A stretch of 64,000 bases of DNA from Desulfatiglandales bacterium (GTDB taxonomy: Bacteria > Desulfobacterota > DSM-4660 > Desulfatiglandales > HGW-15). Position 1 is the stretch's first letter. Each line of letters begins with the position of its first letter. The position numbers and the translations under genes were made by a program. The DNA is taken from positions 3,744,001 to 3,808,000 of the forward strand of contig CAXXJJ010000004.1 of the NCBI GenBank assembly GCA_963667015.2. The letters are read 5' to 3'. Shown here piece after piece: positions 17,080 to 26,472 of this stretch. The notes beneath the pieces were generated by a model. It saw only the letters and a program-made list of their open reading frames with translations, had not been told where the DNA came from and did no database searches.

Positions 17080-19293
17080 ATGACTGTTAACAAATCAAAT
17101 AAACTCGGTACATTCGGGGGAGTTTTCACTCCATCCATACTCACAATCCTCGGCGTTATTATGTTTATGCGCGCCGGATATGTAATTGGTGAGGCAGGCA
17201 TTATACAGACACTGCTGATCCTGATAATAGCCAAGACCATTACAACCCTTACAAGTCTTTCCATATCCGCGGTATCCACCAATACACCTGTTTCCGGAGG
17301 CGGGGCATATTTTCTTATCTCCCGCGCATTGGGGCCTGAATTTGGAGGGGCAATCGGTATTGCACTCTTTCTGGCACAGGCCATTTCCGTGCCATTTTAT
17401 ATTCTTGGTTTTTCCGAAGCACTTGTCCGTGCGTTCCCGGGTGCCGGGCCTCATTTCCTGAACATAGCACTGCTCACTACAGCTGCATTGTTTTTAATAT
17501 CCTTTACAGGTGCAAAGGTAGCCATAAAAACACAATACCTGATAATGGCCGTACTTGCGCTTTCAATAATAATCTTCATGTGCGGCTCCATTGCGCGTTT
17601 CAGCATAGATATTTTTTCTGCAAACCTTGGATCAGAATACACCTCTGATAACCTCTCCTTCTGGGTAGTTTTTGCCATATATTTTCCTGCGGTAACTGGA
17701 ATCATGTCCGGGGTAAACATGTCAGGAGACCTTAAGAATCCAGGTAAATCTATACCTGCCGGAACCTTTGCAGCGGTATTTACAGGCCTTTTAATATACG
17801 GGCTCCAGATCTTCATTATAGGAGGGGCACAAACCCGTACTCAACTGCTCAACGCATCCTTTGAAACCATGGGTGAACAGGCTGTGTTCGGGCTTGGTAT
17901 TCTTGTTACCGCAGGGGTATTTGCGGCAACACTATCAAGCGGACTTGGATCTTTTCTGGGTGCGCCCAGGGTGCTTCAGGCTGTAGCCAGAGACAATGTT
18001 GTCCCCCTTACCGGGATTTTTCGAAAGGGCTCCCCAAGGGGGGATGAGCCCTACCGCGCTCTTTCTTTTACGCTTATAATAACCTTTATAATTATCTTCT
18101 GGGCCGGGAACAACTCCGAGGGAGGTGCATTTAACATAATCGCTTCAGTTGTTACCATGTTTTTCTTATATACATACGGGATGATAAATATAGCTGCATT
18201 TGTAGAGTCCTTTGCAGGCAACCCCTCCTTCAGACCAAGATTCAAATACTATCACTGGCTTCCGGCCCTGGCAGGAGGCGCCGGATGTATTGTAACGGCT
18301 TTTCTCATAGATCCATGGGCAGCAGCCATTGCTGCGGTCATAATAATTGTTTTTTATTTTTTCCTTAGAAGACGCGTGCTCAGGGTTCATTTCGGTGATG
18401 CGCGCTGGGGATTTATTTATTCAAGGCTTAGAAGCAACCTGCTTAAACTCGCCAAAACACCCATTAACCCTAAAAACTGGAGACCCTCAATTCTTGTGCT
18501 TACCGGTGACCCGGAGGCACATCTTACAAAAAGCATGTATGCACTCTGGATAGGTTCGGAACGAGGTCTTGTAACACTGGTGCGTGTCCTCACAGGAGAT
18601 ATCCTTGAGCTTTCTGTTCACCGCCAGACAGCCAAAGAACAGTTGAGACGGTTTATAATGGATAATGACTTTGAGGCCCTTTCAACAGTTGTAGTATCGC
18701 AAAACCTAGATGAAGGTCTTTCAGCTATTATTCAGGGCCATTCCATTGGTCCTCTTCAGCCGAATGTAATATTTATGGGATGGGCCTCAGATGAGGAGAG
18801 ATCTCTTCCCTTTGTAAGGCACCTCATGTCTGCACAATCCCTGGGTATGAGTATAATACTTGTTAAAGATAACGGGCTTCCGGATAAAACAAAACAGCGA
18901 AGGATCGATATCTGGTGGAGGGGCAAGGAAAACGGATCTTTGATGACCATTGCATCCCACCTCCTGACCCTTAACTATGAATGGTCAGGCGTAAATATCC
19001 GCGTTTTAAGAATGATACAGAATGAAGAAGGGCGAGAACCCGCTACCAATGCCCTTAAAGAGATGGTGGATGCAGCAAGGATAGATGCTCAGGTACAGGT
19101 TATTGTTTCTCAGTCACCATTTGCAGAGGTACTGCACAGGCATTCTTCCGACGCATCAGTAGTCTTTCTGGGATTCATTGTCCCCAAAGAAGAAGATGCC
19201 GGGTTATTCCAGGCTCAATATGAAGGAATGCTGTCAGGTCTGCCCACTACTCTTCTGTTCTGTTCTTCTGGAGAAGCTGATTTGATGGCATAA
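17080..19293 (+). CDS. Second SLC12/CCC-family cotransporter homologue
   Basis: LGTFGGVFTPS, GGGAYFLISRALGPEFGGAIG, YFPAVTG, NPSFRP, WRPSILV, IDIWW. Confidence 0.88.
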   Translation: MTVNKSNKLGTFGGVFTPSILTILGVIMFMRAGYVIGEAGIIQTLLILIIAKTITTLTSLSISAVSTNTPVSGGGAYFLISRALGPEFGGAIGIALFLAQAISVPFYILGFSEALVRAFPGAGPHFLNIALLTTAALFLISFTGAKVAIKTQYLIMAVLALSIIIFMCGSIARFSIDIFSANLGSEYTSDNLSFWVVFAIYFPAVTGIMSGVNMSGDLKNPGKSIPAGTFAAVFTGLLIYGLQIFIIGGAQTRTQLLNASFETMGEQAVFGLGILVTAGVFAATLSSGLGSFLGAPRVLQAVARDNVVPLTGIFRKGSPRGDEPYRALSFTLIITFIIIFWAGNNSEGGAFNIIASVVTMFFLYTYGMINIAAFVESFAGNPSFRPRFKYYHWLPALAGGAGCIVTAFLIDPWAAAIAAVIIIVFYFFLRRRVLRVHFGDARWGFIYSRLRSNLLKLAKTPINPKNWRPSILVLTGDPEAHLTKSMYALWIGSERGLVTLVRVLTGDILELSVHRQTAKEQLRRFIMDNDFEALSTVVVSQNLDEGLSAIIQGHSIGPLQPNVIFMGWASDEERSLPFVRHLMSAQSLGMSIILVKDNGLPDKTKQRRIDIWWRGKENGSLMTIASHLLTLNYEWSGVNIRVLRMIQNEEGREPATNALKEMVDAARIDAQVQVIVSQSPFAEVLHRHSSDASVVFLGFIVPKEEDAGLFQAQYEGMLSGLPTTLLFCSSGEADLMA

Positions 19294-19300
19294 AGACTTT

Positions 19301-19410
19301 TCTCTCGCCCGCTGCGCTAGAGCCCGCAGAGGCCACAGAGAGAAACATAAGCGTTTAAATTTAAAAAAAGAACGTTTTTCTCTGCGTTCTCTGTGAGCTC
19401 TGCGAGAGAC
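19301..19410. repeat. Miniature element with 9-bp periodic inverted arms (CGCAGAG family)
   Basis: TCTCTCGCCCGCTGCGCTAGAGCCCGCAGAGGCCACAGAG ... CTCTGCGTTCTCTGTGAGCTCTGCGAGAGAC; reverse-complement copy bounds 45477-45783. Confidence 0.75.
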
Positions 19411-19455
19411 CGGATTAATTGTTTTTAACTTTTTATTTCAAAAAAGGTGAAATTT

Positions 19456-20799
19456 ATGAAATTTATAATAATCGGTGGTGATGCAGCAGGCATGAGTGCG
19501 GCCAGCCGTGCAAAGAGAAACAATCCTGACATGGAAGTAATTGTGCTTGAACAGACAAATGATGTTTCATACAGTGCATGCGGCATGCCCTATAACATAG
19601 CAGACCCTGGGCGGGAGATGAACGACCTGGTAGTAAGAAAGGCTGAGATATTTCGCAATAAGCAGGGAATCGATTTAAGAACAGGGCACATGGTAACAGG
19701 CATTGATCCCTTAAAAAAAATAGTCCTGTTCAATAATGCCGAAGGTGTAGAATCAGACCTGGAATATGACAAACTATTGATAGCTACCGGTGCGTCACCG
19801 GTAATCCCCGACATTCCCGGCATAGATCTGCCGGGTGTACTTCCCCTTAAAAGCCTTGAACAGGGCAGAAAGATCAAGCAGTTTATCCATGATAATAAGG
19901 TAAAAAGCGCTGTCATTATAGGCATGGGGTATATTGCCCTGGAGATGTGCGAGGCCTTGAGGGCAAATGATATTGATGTTGCAATGGTTAAACCCAGGGC
20001 AAACTTTATCCCATGGATGAATGATGAACTGTCAGACATGGTAAGGGCAGAGGTAGAAAAAAATAATGTAAAGCTTTATGCCGGGCATGAGATTGAAAAA
20101 ATACAGCAGTCTGAAAGCAGATTGACAGTAAAATGCAAAGGGATTGATCTTGACTGTGACATGGTAATCTGCGCAATAGGTGTAAATCCAAACAGTACAC
20201 TGGCCAAAGAAGCTGGATTGGAACTCGGCATAAAAAAATCTAGTTTCGGTTGATAGAAAACTCTGTGAACCTCAAACGAGCATATCTATGCGGCCGGGGA
20301 CTGTGCCGACGCCTATCACGTTGTTACAGGAAAAAAAACCTACATTCCACTTGCCCTCCGGGCAAACAGGGCCGGATGGGCGGTTGCCGATAATGTTACC
20401 GGGGGCAGCGCCGAGCCCGAAGGGGTTGCCGGTACAGCGGTATTCAAGGTATTTGATATGCATATCGCACGCACAGGTCTTGATTTGAACGAATCAAAAA
20501 AAGCAGGTTTCGAACCGGTTGATGTCGTAATAACAACCCGCAGCCGTGCCCACTCCTATCCGGGGAGTGCGGATATCAAGGTTCATATGATTGGAGATAA
20601 AAAGAGCGGAAGGCTCCTGGGTGTGCAGATGACAGGAACAGACGGTGTTGCCCACAGGGTTAACGCCCCGGCAGTAGCCCTTCACAATAAAATGACTGTT
20701 GATGCATTCAGTCAGTGCGACCTGGCCTACGCACCGCCCTTTGGACCGGTATGGGACCCTGTATTAACTGCGGCAGTTCAATTATTAAAGAAAATGTGA
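19456..20799 (+). pseudogene. CoA-disulfide reductase/NADH oxidase-family flavoprotein, interrupted near 20240-20270
   Basis: GGDAAGMSAA, SYSACGMPY, then IYAAGDCA and DLAYAPPFGPVWDP in the same frame; local +1 and +2 indels create in-frame TGA/TAG. Confidence 0.8.
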
Positions 20800-20840
20800 T
20801 GATCTTTTAAAGGTATTTTTTATGAAACCAGAGGGATAAA

Positions 20841-21080
20841 TTGGATAATGAAAATTACGATATTATAATACTGGGAAGCGGTCTTGATATCGAGTTCGAC
20901 AGCGAAACAATGAGATACATACAGACCAATAAAAAGCAGGAGACCAATATACCGGGTATACATGCCGCCTGAGACATCTGCGGCCCCCCATGGCAGGTGG
21001 CAAAGGCTGTAGGAGAAGGATGTATAGCTGGCCTGGAAGCAGCCGCCTGGGTAAAAAGAAACAGAGATAAGATAAATTAG
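20841..21080 (+). pseudogene. trxB: Internally deleted thioredoxin reductase-like gene
   Basis: GAGGG SD, TTG start; YDIIILGSG fused in frame to TNKKQETNIPGIHAA*DICGPPWQVAKAVGEGCIAG; TGA at 20970 replaces the Gly of AAGD. Confidence 0.75.
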
Positions 21081-21223
21081 GCTCCCTCCGGATCCTTCAG
21101 GGGAGCCTGGTCCTTCCGGAATGAGGAATATATCTTTTTATAAATCTCATTCAACCAGGGTTCGCTCTTTCTTTTTCATTAGTTCCAGAATCCTTCATCT
21201 GCTCCTGTAAATGTTTTCTGAAA

Positions 21224-22075
21224 TCATGCATAGGTCTCCATAATCTCCGCCAGGCCGGATCGATTTACATTTCTGCCGGCCAGAGGACCCTCCTTTAACA
21301 GTGGAAATTTTTCTTCAAATGACGGCCTGCTGTTTTTGTATAATACACCTATGGGAATCTCATCTCCCCATATCTGTGATTTTGCCATTGCACCCCGCCA
21401 GTCGGAAGGATCATATTCCGGTGATATCTTCCTGCATCTTTCCTTGTACCACTTGAATGTGTTTATATGATTGAATGAAACGCATGGCTGCAGTATATCC
21501 ACAAGAGAAAAGCCTTTATGATTCATGGCCTCGGTTATTGTCTTTACCAGGTGATCCTTCATTCCGACAAAGGATCTTGCCACAAAACCTGCATACAGCG
21601 CAACGGCAGTTGCCATAGGGTTAAAGGCCTCGGATATTACCCCGCCCGGTTGTGTGGTCGTAACAAAACCTCTGTCCGAAGTCGGGCTGGCCTGCCCCTT
21701 GGTCAGGCCGTAAATCTGATTATTGTGTACCAGCACAGTGATATCGATATTGCGCCGTATGGCGGCAATAAAATGATTCCCTCCCTCACCATACATGCAT
21801 CCGTCACCACTCTCTGCAATTACAACAAGTTCAGGATTTGCCAGTTTTGCACCCGTGGCTGCCGGAAGCGCCCGGCCATGAAGACCGTTAAACATATTTG
21901 TATTGAGGTAGTGGGGCGCCTTTGCAGCCTGACCTATCCCCGAGACAAAAAGCACCTCATGGGGTTCAAGGTCCTGTCCTGCCAGGGCTTCCTTTACAGC
22001 CTCCAGTAAATTGAAGTTACCACAGCCGGGACACCATGCTGTTTCATAATCTCCATAATCTTTTATATCGACCAT
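21224..22075 (-). CDS. korB: 2-oxoacid:ferredoxin oxidoreductase beta subunit
   Basis: WCPGCG, GLHGR, GDG TPP-binding motif, YGLTKGQASPT, QPCVSFN; substrate specificity not determinable. Confidence 0.9.
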   Translation of the reverse strand: MVDIKDYGDYETAWCPGCGNFNLLEAVKEALAGQDLEPHEVLFVSGIGQAAKAPHYLNTNMFNGLHGRALPAATGAKLANPELVVIAESGDGCMYGEGGNHFIAAIRRNIDITVLVHNNQIYGLTKGQASPTSDRGFVTTTQPGGVISEAFNPMATAVALYAGFVARSFVGMKDHLVKTITEAMNHKGFSLVDILQPCVSFNHINTFKWYKERCRKISPEYDPSDWRGAMAKSQIWGDEIPIGVLYKNSRPSFEEKFPLLKEGPLAGRNVNRSGLAEIMETYA

Positions 22076-22078
22076 GTG

Positions 22079-23761
22079 TTAATCCTTTCCTTTAAGTATC
22101 TTTTCCATAATAAACTCAGGGGTCATGGGAAGCCCGTCATATCTGGATATCCTGTCTTCAATCACAAACCCGCTTTCCATCCTTATTAACTGTGCAAGCT
22201 GGCCAGTGGCGTTTCCTTCCACCGCTATCACCCTATGGGCCTTTTCAAGGTATTTGAGAAAATTATCCGGGTACAGGGGCCATACCTGTGAAAAGTGAAG
22301 AGAGGCTGTTTTTTTACCTTCAGACTTGAGCCGTTCCGCGGCCTCCTCAACCGCACCCTTTGCAGAGCCCCAGCACACAAAGAGTATATCCGGGTTTTTG
22401 CTTCCTTTGTATTCAGGCAGAATAGATTCATCCTTCAGCATTTCTCCCTTCTTCAATCTCTTTTCAACCATTTTCGGTCTCAGAGTAAGATCTTCGGTCA
22501 TATGCCCGATTTCTGTATGTTCATGGCTGTCACCCACAACAAGCTGTCTTGAATGCCCGGGTAGCAGGCGAGGGGATATGCCGTTTTCCGTGATCCTGTA
22601 TCTGTGATATGGAACCGGTACTTCCGACGGATCGGCCCCTGCTTTTATGAATGGCAGTTCACTGATATTAAATGTATCCAGGTCCTGAAATGATTCTGCT
22701 ATATACTGGTCAGTAAGTATAATAACAGGAACCTGATATCTCTCTGTTACAAAGGAGGCCTTTCTTGCCAGGTGAAAACATTCCTCAACATTTCCGGGGC
22801 TGTAGATCACCCTTGGGAATTCCCCGTGGCCCGAATGAAGGGCCAGCCACAGGTCGCCCTGTTCGGTGCGGGTGGCAAGACCGGTACCCGGTCCGGGTCG
22901 CTGGGCAATCACTATTACAACCGGTGTTTCGCTGATACCCGAAAGACTCAGGCCTTCTGTCATCAGGGCAAACCCTCCTCCGGATGTAGGTACAATGGAG
23001 GGCGCCCCGGCATATGAGGCCCCGAGAGCCATATTTATTGCCGCTATTTCGTCTTCTACCTGCTCAATTATCAGCCCCATTTTTTCCGAATGATTTATCA
23101 GCGTCTGGGCTATTGATGTTGCGGGGCTCATGGGATAAAAGGAACAGAACTTGATGCCGCCGGAGATTGCACCAAGGGCTATAGCCTCATGTCCTGTGAG
23201 AATCCATTTGTTTTGAGGTTTTTTGATGCCTGAGAGCGGCTTAAATTCATACTCCTTTTCTTCCAGCCATCTGTAGGCAGCGCCAAGGACCCTCTTGTTT
23301 TCTTCGGTAATGCCGGATTTCATTGTGTCGTCTATTACCTTCTCCATTTTCTCCTGTTCCAGGCCAATAAGACCTGCTGCGATGCCTGAGGCAGCAGTAT
23401 TCCAGTAAAGCTTTTCTCCGAACATTTTAAAGGGAATCCCCATCCAGCGATCATCATCTATATTCCATTCTTCATTCCCAATGACCAGGGCATTGTCTGT
23501 GAGCTGCTCCTGGTGAATATGAAAACTTTCTTCATTCATGCAGATAAGGAGATCTATCTGTTCACAGGGCGCTGATATCTTTTCCTTTCCTGCCCGGATT
23601 GCAAATATGTTGTGTCCCCCCCTGACCCTTGATTCATAGGTCTGTGTAACATGAACCGAATATCCCTTTCGGACCAGACATCTGGCAAGCATAGGACCTG
23701 CGGTCTGGAGGCCCTGCCCTGCTTCGCCTCCGAACATTATGTTTATTATCTGTTCAGTCAT
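22079..23761 (-). CDS. korA: 2-oxoacid:ferredoxin oxidoreductase alpha subunit (gamma-alpha fusion)
   Basis: GGEAGQG, YESRVRGGH, YPMSPAT, EDEIAA, TSGGGFALMTE, QRPGPGTG, EGNATGQL. Confidence 0.9.
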   Translation of the reverse strand: MTEQIINIMFGGEAGQGLQTAGPMLARCLVRKGYSVHVTQTYESRVRGGHNIFAIRAGKEKISAPCEQIDLLICMNEESFHIHQEQLTDNALVIGNEEWNIDDDRWMGIPFKMFGEKLYWNTAASGIAAGLIGLEQEKMEKVIDDTMKSGITEENKRVLGAAYRWLEEKEYEFKPLSGIKKPQNKWILTGHEAIALGAISGGIKFCSFYPMSPATSIAQTLINHSEKMGLIIEQVEDEIAAINMALGASYAGAPSIVPTSGGGFALMTEGLSLSGISETPVVIVIAQRPGPGTGLATRTEQGDLWLALHSGHGEFPRVIYSPGNVEECFHLARKASFVTERYQVPVIILTDQYIAESFQDLDTFNISELPFIKAGADPSEVPVPYHRYRITENGISPRLLPGHSRQLVVGDSHEHTEIGHMTEDLTLRPKMVEKRLKKGEMLKDESILPEYKGSKNPDILFVCWGSAKGAVEEAAERLKSEGKKTASLHFSQVWPLYPDNFLKYLEKAHRVIAVEGNATGQLAQLIRMESGFVIEDRISRYDGLPMTPEFIMEKILKGKD

Positions 23762-23867
23762 TCCGGCTTTCTCCGATAAAGGTTTTTTTCAGGTATTCCT
23801 TTAGGACTTCCATAGTGCAGGCTCCAGTGGAACCAACCATACCACTTCCGGCTATCCCTATTTTCAT
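23754..23867 (-). pseudogene. Skeleton of an L-lactate/malate dehydrogenase-like gene (N-terminal Rossmann strand joined to a short tail)
   Basis: GAGGA SD; MKIGIAGSGMVGSTGACTMEVLKEYLKKTFIGESRND*, 37 aa; stop overlaps the korA start. Confidence 0.55.
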
Positions 23868-23895
23868 TTTATCCTCATTCCGACACAACCTGTGA

Positions 23896-24213
23896 TTAAT
23901 CTTCATCTCTTCCCTTCCGATATCCGCGCTCAAATTCGGATTTGGCTTCAGCCAGGCTGGCCTTTAAAACTTCCCAGGAATTTTCAAGCCCCTGCTTCAG
24001 ATCCTCCCAGGGGGAGTCTACTGCCTTTTGAAGCTCTGCAATACTGTCCTCCACGCCTTTTCGTCTTTCCCGCAAACTCTCAAGCTGTTTGTAATACCTG
24101 ATTTTAGCTTCAGGGCCTACACTGTTTATCTCTTCTGCCAATCCGTCTATCTCGGCATTCAGTTCATTTATTCTGTTTTTTAATTTCTGCACATAGGTGT
24201 CACGAATGCTCAT
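23896..24213 (-). CDS. Small coiled-coil protein (sll1863-like stress protein)
   Basis: MSIRDTYVQKLKNRINELNAEID...WEDLKQGLENSWE pattern; GAGGA SD. Confidence 0.65.
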   Translation of the reverse strand: MSIRDTYVQKLKNRINELNAEIDGLAEEINSVGPEAKIRYYKQLESLRERRKGVEDSIAELQKAVDSPWEDLKQGLENSWEVLKASLAEAKSEFERGYRKGRDED

Positions 24214-24273
24214 TTCATATCCTCTAAAAATTCTCTGTGATAAATAGTAATTATAATCAAAACACACATTAAA

Positions 24274-24295
24274 GTTTATAGGGTCTAACATGTAT
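24274..24295. promoter_or_regulatory. Repeated upstream motif, copy 1
   Basis: GTTTATAGGGTCTAACATGTAT; 20/22 identical to 25902-25923. Confidence 0.55.
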
Positions 24296-24458
24296 ACTGA
24301 TACCGGGCCGGAAATTTCTCATGTCATGAGGGTTTTTAGTATTTTTTTCAGGAAATACACAAAAATGGAGAATAACTGGGGTATATAACCTATTAAAAAT
24401 TAAGCCGAGCAGTTACATACTTATGTATACAGATAAAATATAATTGAAAGGAAAAACA

Positions 24459-24783
24459 ATGCTCAGGAGTCACCATGAATTAAAAAACTATACTATCTCG
24501 GCCAGTGACGGAAAGATAGGGCACTGCCGGGACTTTCTTTTTGATGATGAATACTGGACTGTTCGTTATATGGCCGATACCGGCACGTGGCTCCCGCGGA
24601 AAAAAGGTACTGGTGTCTCCCGGATGGATCTTTAAAATAGACTGGATCTATGCAGATGCAGAGGTCAACCTGACCGTTAATGCCATCAAAAAGGCTCCTG
24701 AATTTGATCCTTCGGAGCCTGTCAACAGGGAATATGAAACCCAGCTCTATGATTTTTATGGGCGGCCCAAATACTGGGAATAG
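24459..24783 (+). pseudogene. Frameshifted PRC-barrel protein
   Basis: ASDGKIGHCRDFLFDDEYWTVRY..DTGTWLP, then after a +1 shift GKKVLVSP...APEFDP...YDFYGRPKYWE. Confidence 0.7.
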
Positions 24784-24868
24784 AATGAAAGCTGATCTTT
24801 TAGATGAGCAGATTGTGCCCAACCGGTATGTTTATCAAGGGCAAATATCCTGCCCTTGATAAAATTGT

Positions 24869-25342
24869 CTATTCTTTTTCTGCCGGAATAGTCAGAACAG
24901 GGCAGGGTGAAAGGCGCACAACCTTTTCTGTGACAGATCCAAGCAGAAGATGGCGCCAGCCTGTAAAGCCGTGAGTCCCCATAATTATAGCACTCACATT
25001 TGATTCCTCGGCATATCTGGCAATTTCTTCCGCCGGGTTTCCATGTAAAAGTTCGGTTTTTACTTTCACATCACCTGATACCTTCTCCTTAAGGGTCAAA
25101 TCCAGGGATTCGGTTGCATGTCCGTCCACTTCAACAGCTATTTGCGCCGGGATATACCCACTGGCAGCAGGCTGCCCCGGTGCAAAGCCAGGCGATGTTG
25201 GAAATGCCTGTATAGGTGATAATACATGGATGAGTATGAGTTCTGATTTAAATTCCCTTGCCAGATCATTGGCAACCTTTAGAGCCTTATATGACGACTC
25301 GCTAAAATCGGTGGGGCATAATATTTTTTTAAATAATAACAT
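24869..25342 (-). CDS. Universal stress protein (USP)
   Basis: KKILCPTDFSE, IMGTHG, LLGSVTEKVVRLSPCPVL. Confidence 0.93.
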   Translation of the reverse strand: MLLFKKILCPTDFSESSYKALKVANDLAREFKSELILIHVLSPIQAFPTSPGFAPGQPAASGYIPAQIAVEVDGHATESLDLTLKEKVSGDVKVKTELLHGNPAEEIARYAEESNVSAIIMGTHGFTGWRHLLLGSVTEKVVRLSPCPVLTIPAEKE

Positions 25343-25411
25343 ATCTATTCTCCTGTTTTATTAACACTGTTTATATTGAAAAACCTCTTCCTTTCACTGG
25401 TTTGGAGGACG

Positions 25412-25436
25412 CCGGGACCGAAAAATCCGGTCCCGG
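25412..25436. terminator. GC-rich hairpin, possible terminator of the 25474-25719 gene
   Basis: CCGGGACCG-N7-CGGTCCCGG 9-bp stem; no clear U-tract. Confidence 0.35.
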
Positions 25437-25473
25437 TAGTGCCTGTTTGCCAGGCAGAAGGGAACTTGATAAA

Positions 25474-25719
25474 TCAGAGCCCGGAAAGGCCATCCAGGTC
25501 AATACTGCTAAAGCCTTTTCCGAATTCATAATAAGGTATATCTTCTGTATTAAAAGACATTACTGCTGATTGCTCGTTTGTCTTATTTTTATAATCACAC
25601 TTCGTACAATTCCAGGAATCCCATGCCGCTTTAATAGCATAGTCGAGACAATGGCCGTAGTGGGTGCAAAAAAGATTTCTTCCGCCTTTGTTGCTCTTTG
25701 TTGGTCTGTACTTTTTCAT
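25474..25719 (-). CDS. Small Cys-motif hypothetical protein
   Basis: GGAGG SD; RNLFCTHYGHCLDYA...WNCTKC four-Cys pattern. Confidence 0.7.
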   Translation of the reverse strand: MKKYRPTKSNKGGRNLFCTHYGHCLDYAIKAAWDSWNCTKCDYKNKTNEQSAVMSFNTEDIPYYEFGKGFSSIDLDGLSGL

Positions 25720-25901
25720 ATGATTCCTCCTCGCTCAAAAATAAGTGCATTAAAAAGCGGTTGTCACAATCGGGACAGGTGAATTCTTTGACACCTTTTC
25801 TTATGCAATCGCTTCAATAATTCCCATATTGGTGAAATGTTCTCGACTCTGTTATATTGACCGCGATAATGTGGTTTAATATAGTTGAATCCTTAGAATA
25901 T

Positions 25902-25923
25902 GTTTATAGGGTCTATAATGTAT
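25902..25923. promoter_or_regulatory. Repeated upstream motif, copy 2
   Basis: GTTTATAGGGTCTATAATGTAT in the divergent intergenic region. Confidence 0.55.
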
Positions 25924-26021
25924 TCTTAGAATAATCAGATAGATTCTACTCAATTATATTTGACTTGTGTTTATTCCTTATAAATATTAACATTTCATTC
26001 CTAATTTTTCAGGAGCCTCAG

Positions 26022-26447
26022 GTGGAAATTAAGACTGACCCTACTACAATACTCATGGCAGACGATGATCCGGATGATTATTACCTCATGAAAAAAGCCC
26101 TGTCTGAAACAGGTATACAGGGTAAGCTGGTTCAGCTTTCGGATGGTGCGGAACTGATGGACTATTTATTATTTGAAGGCCAATACACTAATCCTGAAAA
26201 GGCACCCAGGCCGAAACTTATCCTTCTTGACCTCAACATGCCTAAAATGAACGGGAATGAGGCATTAAAAAGAATAAAGGCTATGGATCAGACAAAAGAT
26301 ATCCCGGTCATCATCTTAACGACATCAAAAGAGAATAAAAATATTCAGCAATGCTACCAGGACGGGGCGGATGAATACATTATTAAGCCTTCCGACTACA
26401 AAGGATTGCTGCATGTAGCATACAGTATTAAGACAAACTGGATATAA
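26022..26447 (+). CDS. Single-domain response regulator (Rcp-like)
   Basis: ADDD, LLDLNMPKMNG, ILTTS, YIIKP; AGGAG SD before GTG 26022. Confidence 0.9.
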   Translation: MEIKTDPTTILMADDDPDDYYLMKKALSETGIQGKLVQLSDGAELMDYLLFEGQYTNPEKAPRPKLILLDLNMPKMNGNEALKRIKAMDQTKDIPVIILTTSKENKNIQQCYQDGADEYIIKPSDYKGLLHVAYSIKTNWI

Positions 26448-26472
26448 ATCCGGAAATTTAACAAATCACGCA

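Noticed and set aside
20251..20268. TGA/TAG stops in the CoA-disulfide reductase-like gene as recoding
   Set aside because: The expected residues appear in a shifted frame, so indels explain the stops
20970..20972. In-frame TGA in the trxB remnant as selenocysteine
   Set aside because: It aligns with the conserved Gly of AAGD rather than a Cys, and the gene is already internally deleted
21079..21108. AGGCTCCC/GGGAGCCT hairpin as a terminator
   Set aside because: Long loop and no U-tract on either strand
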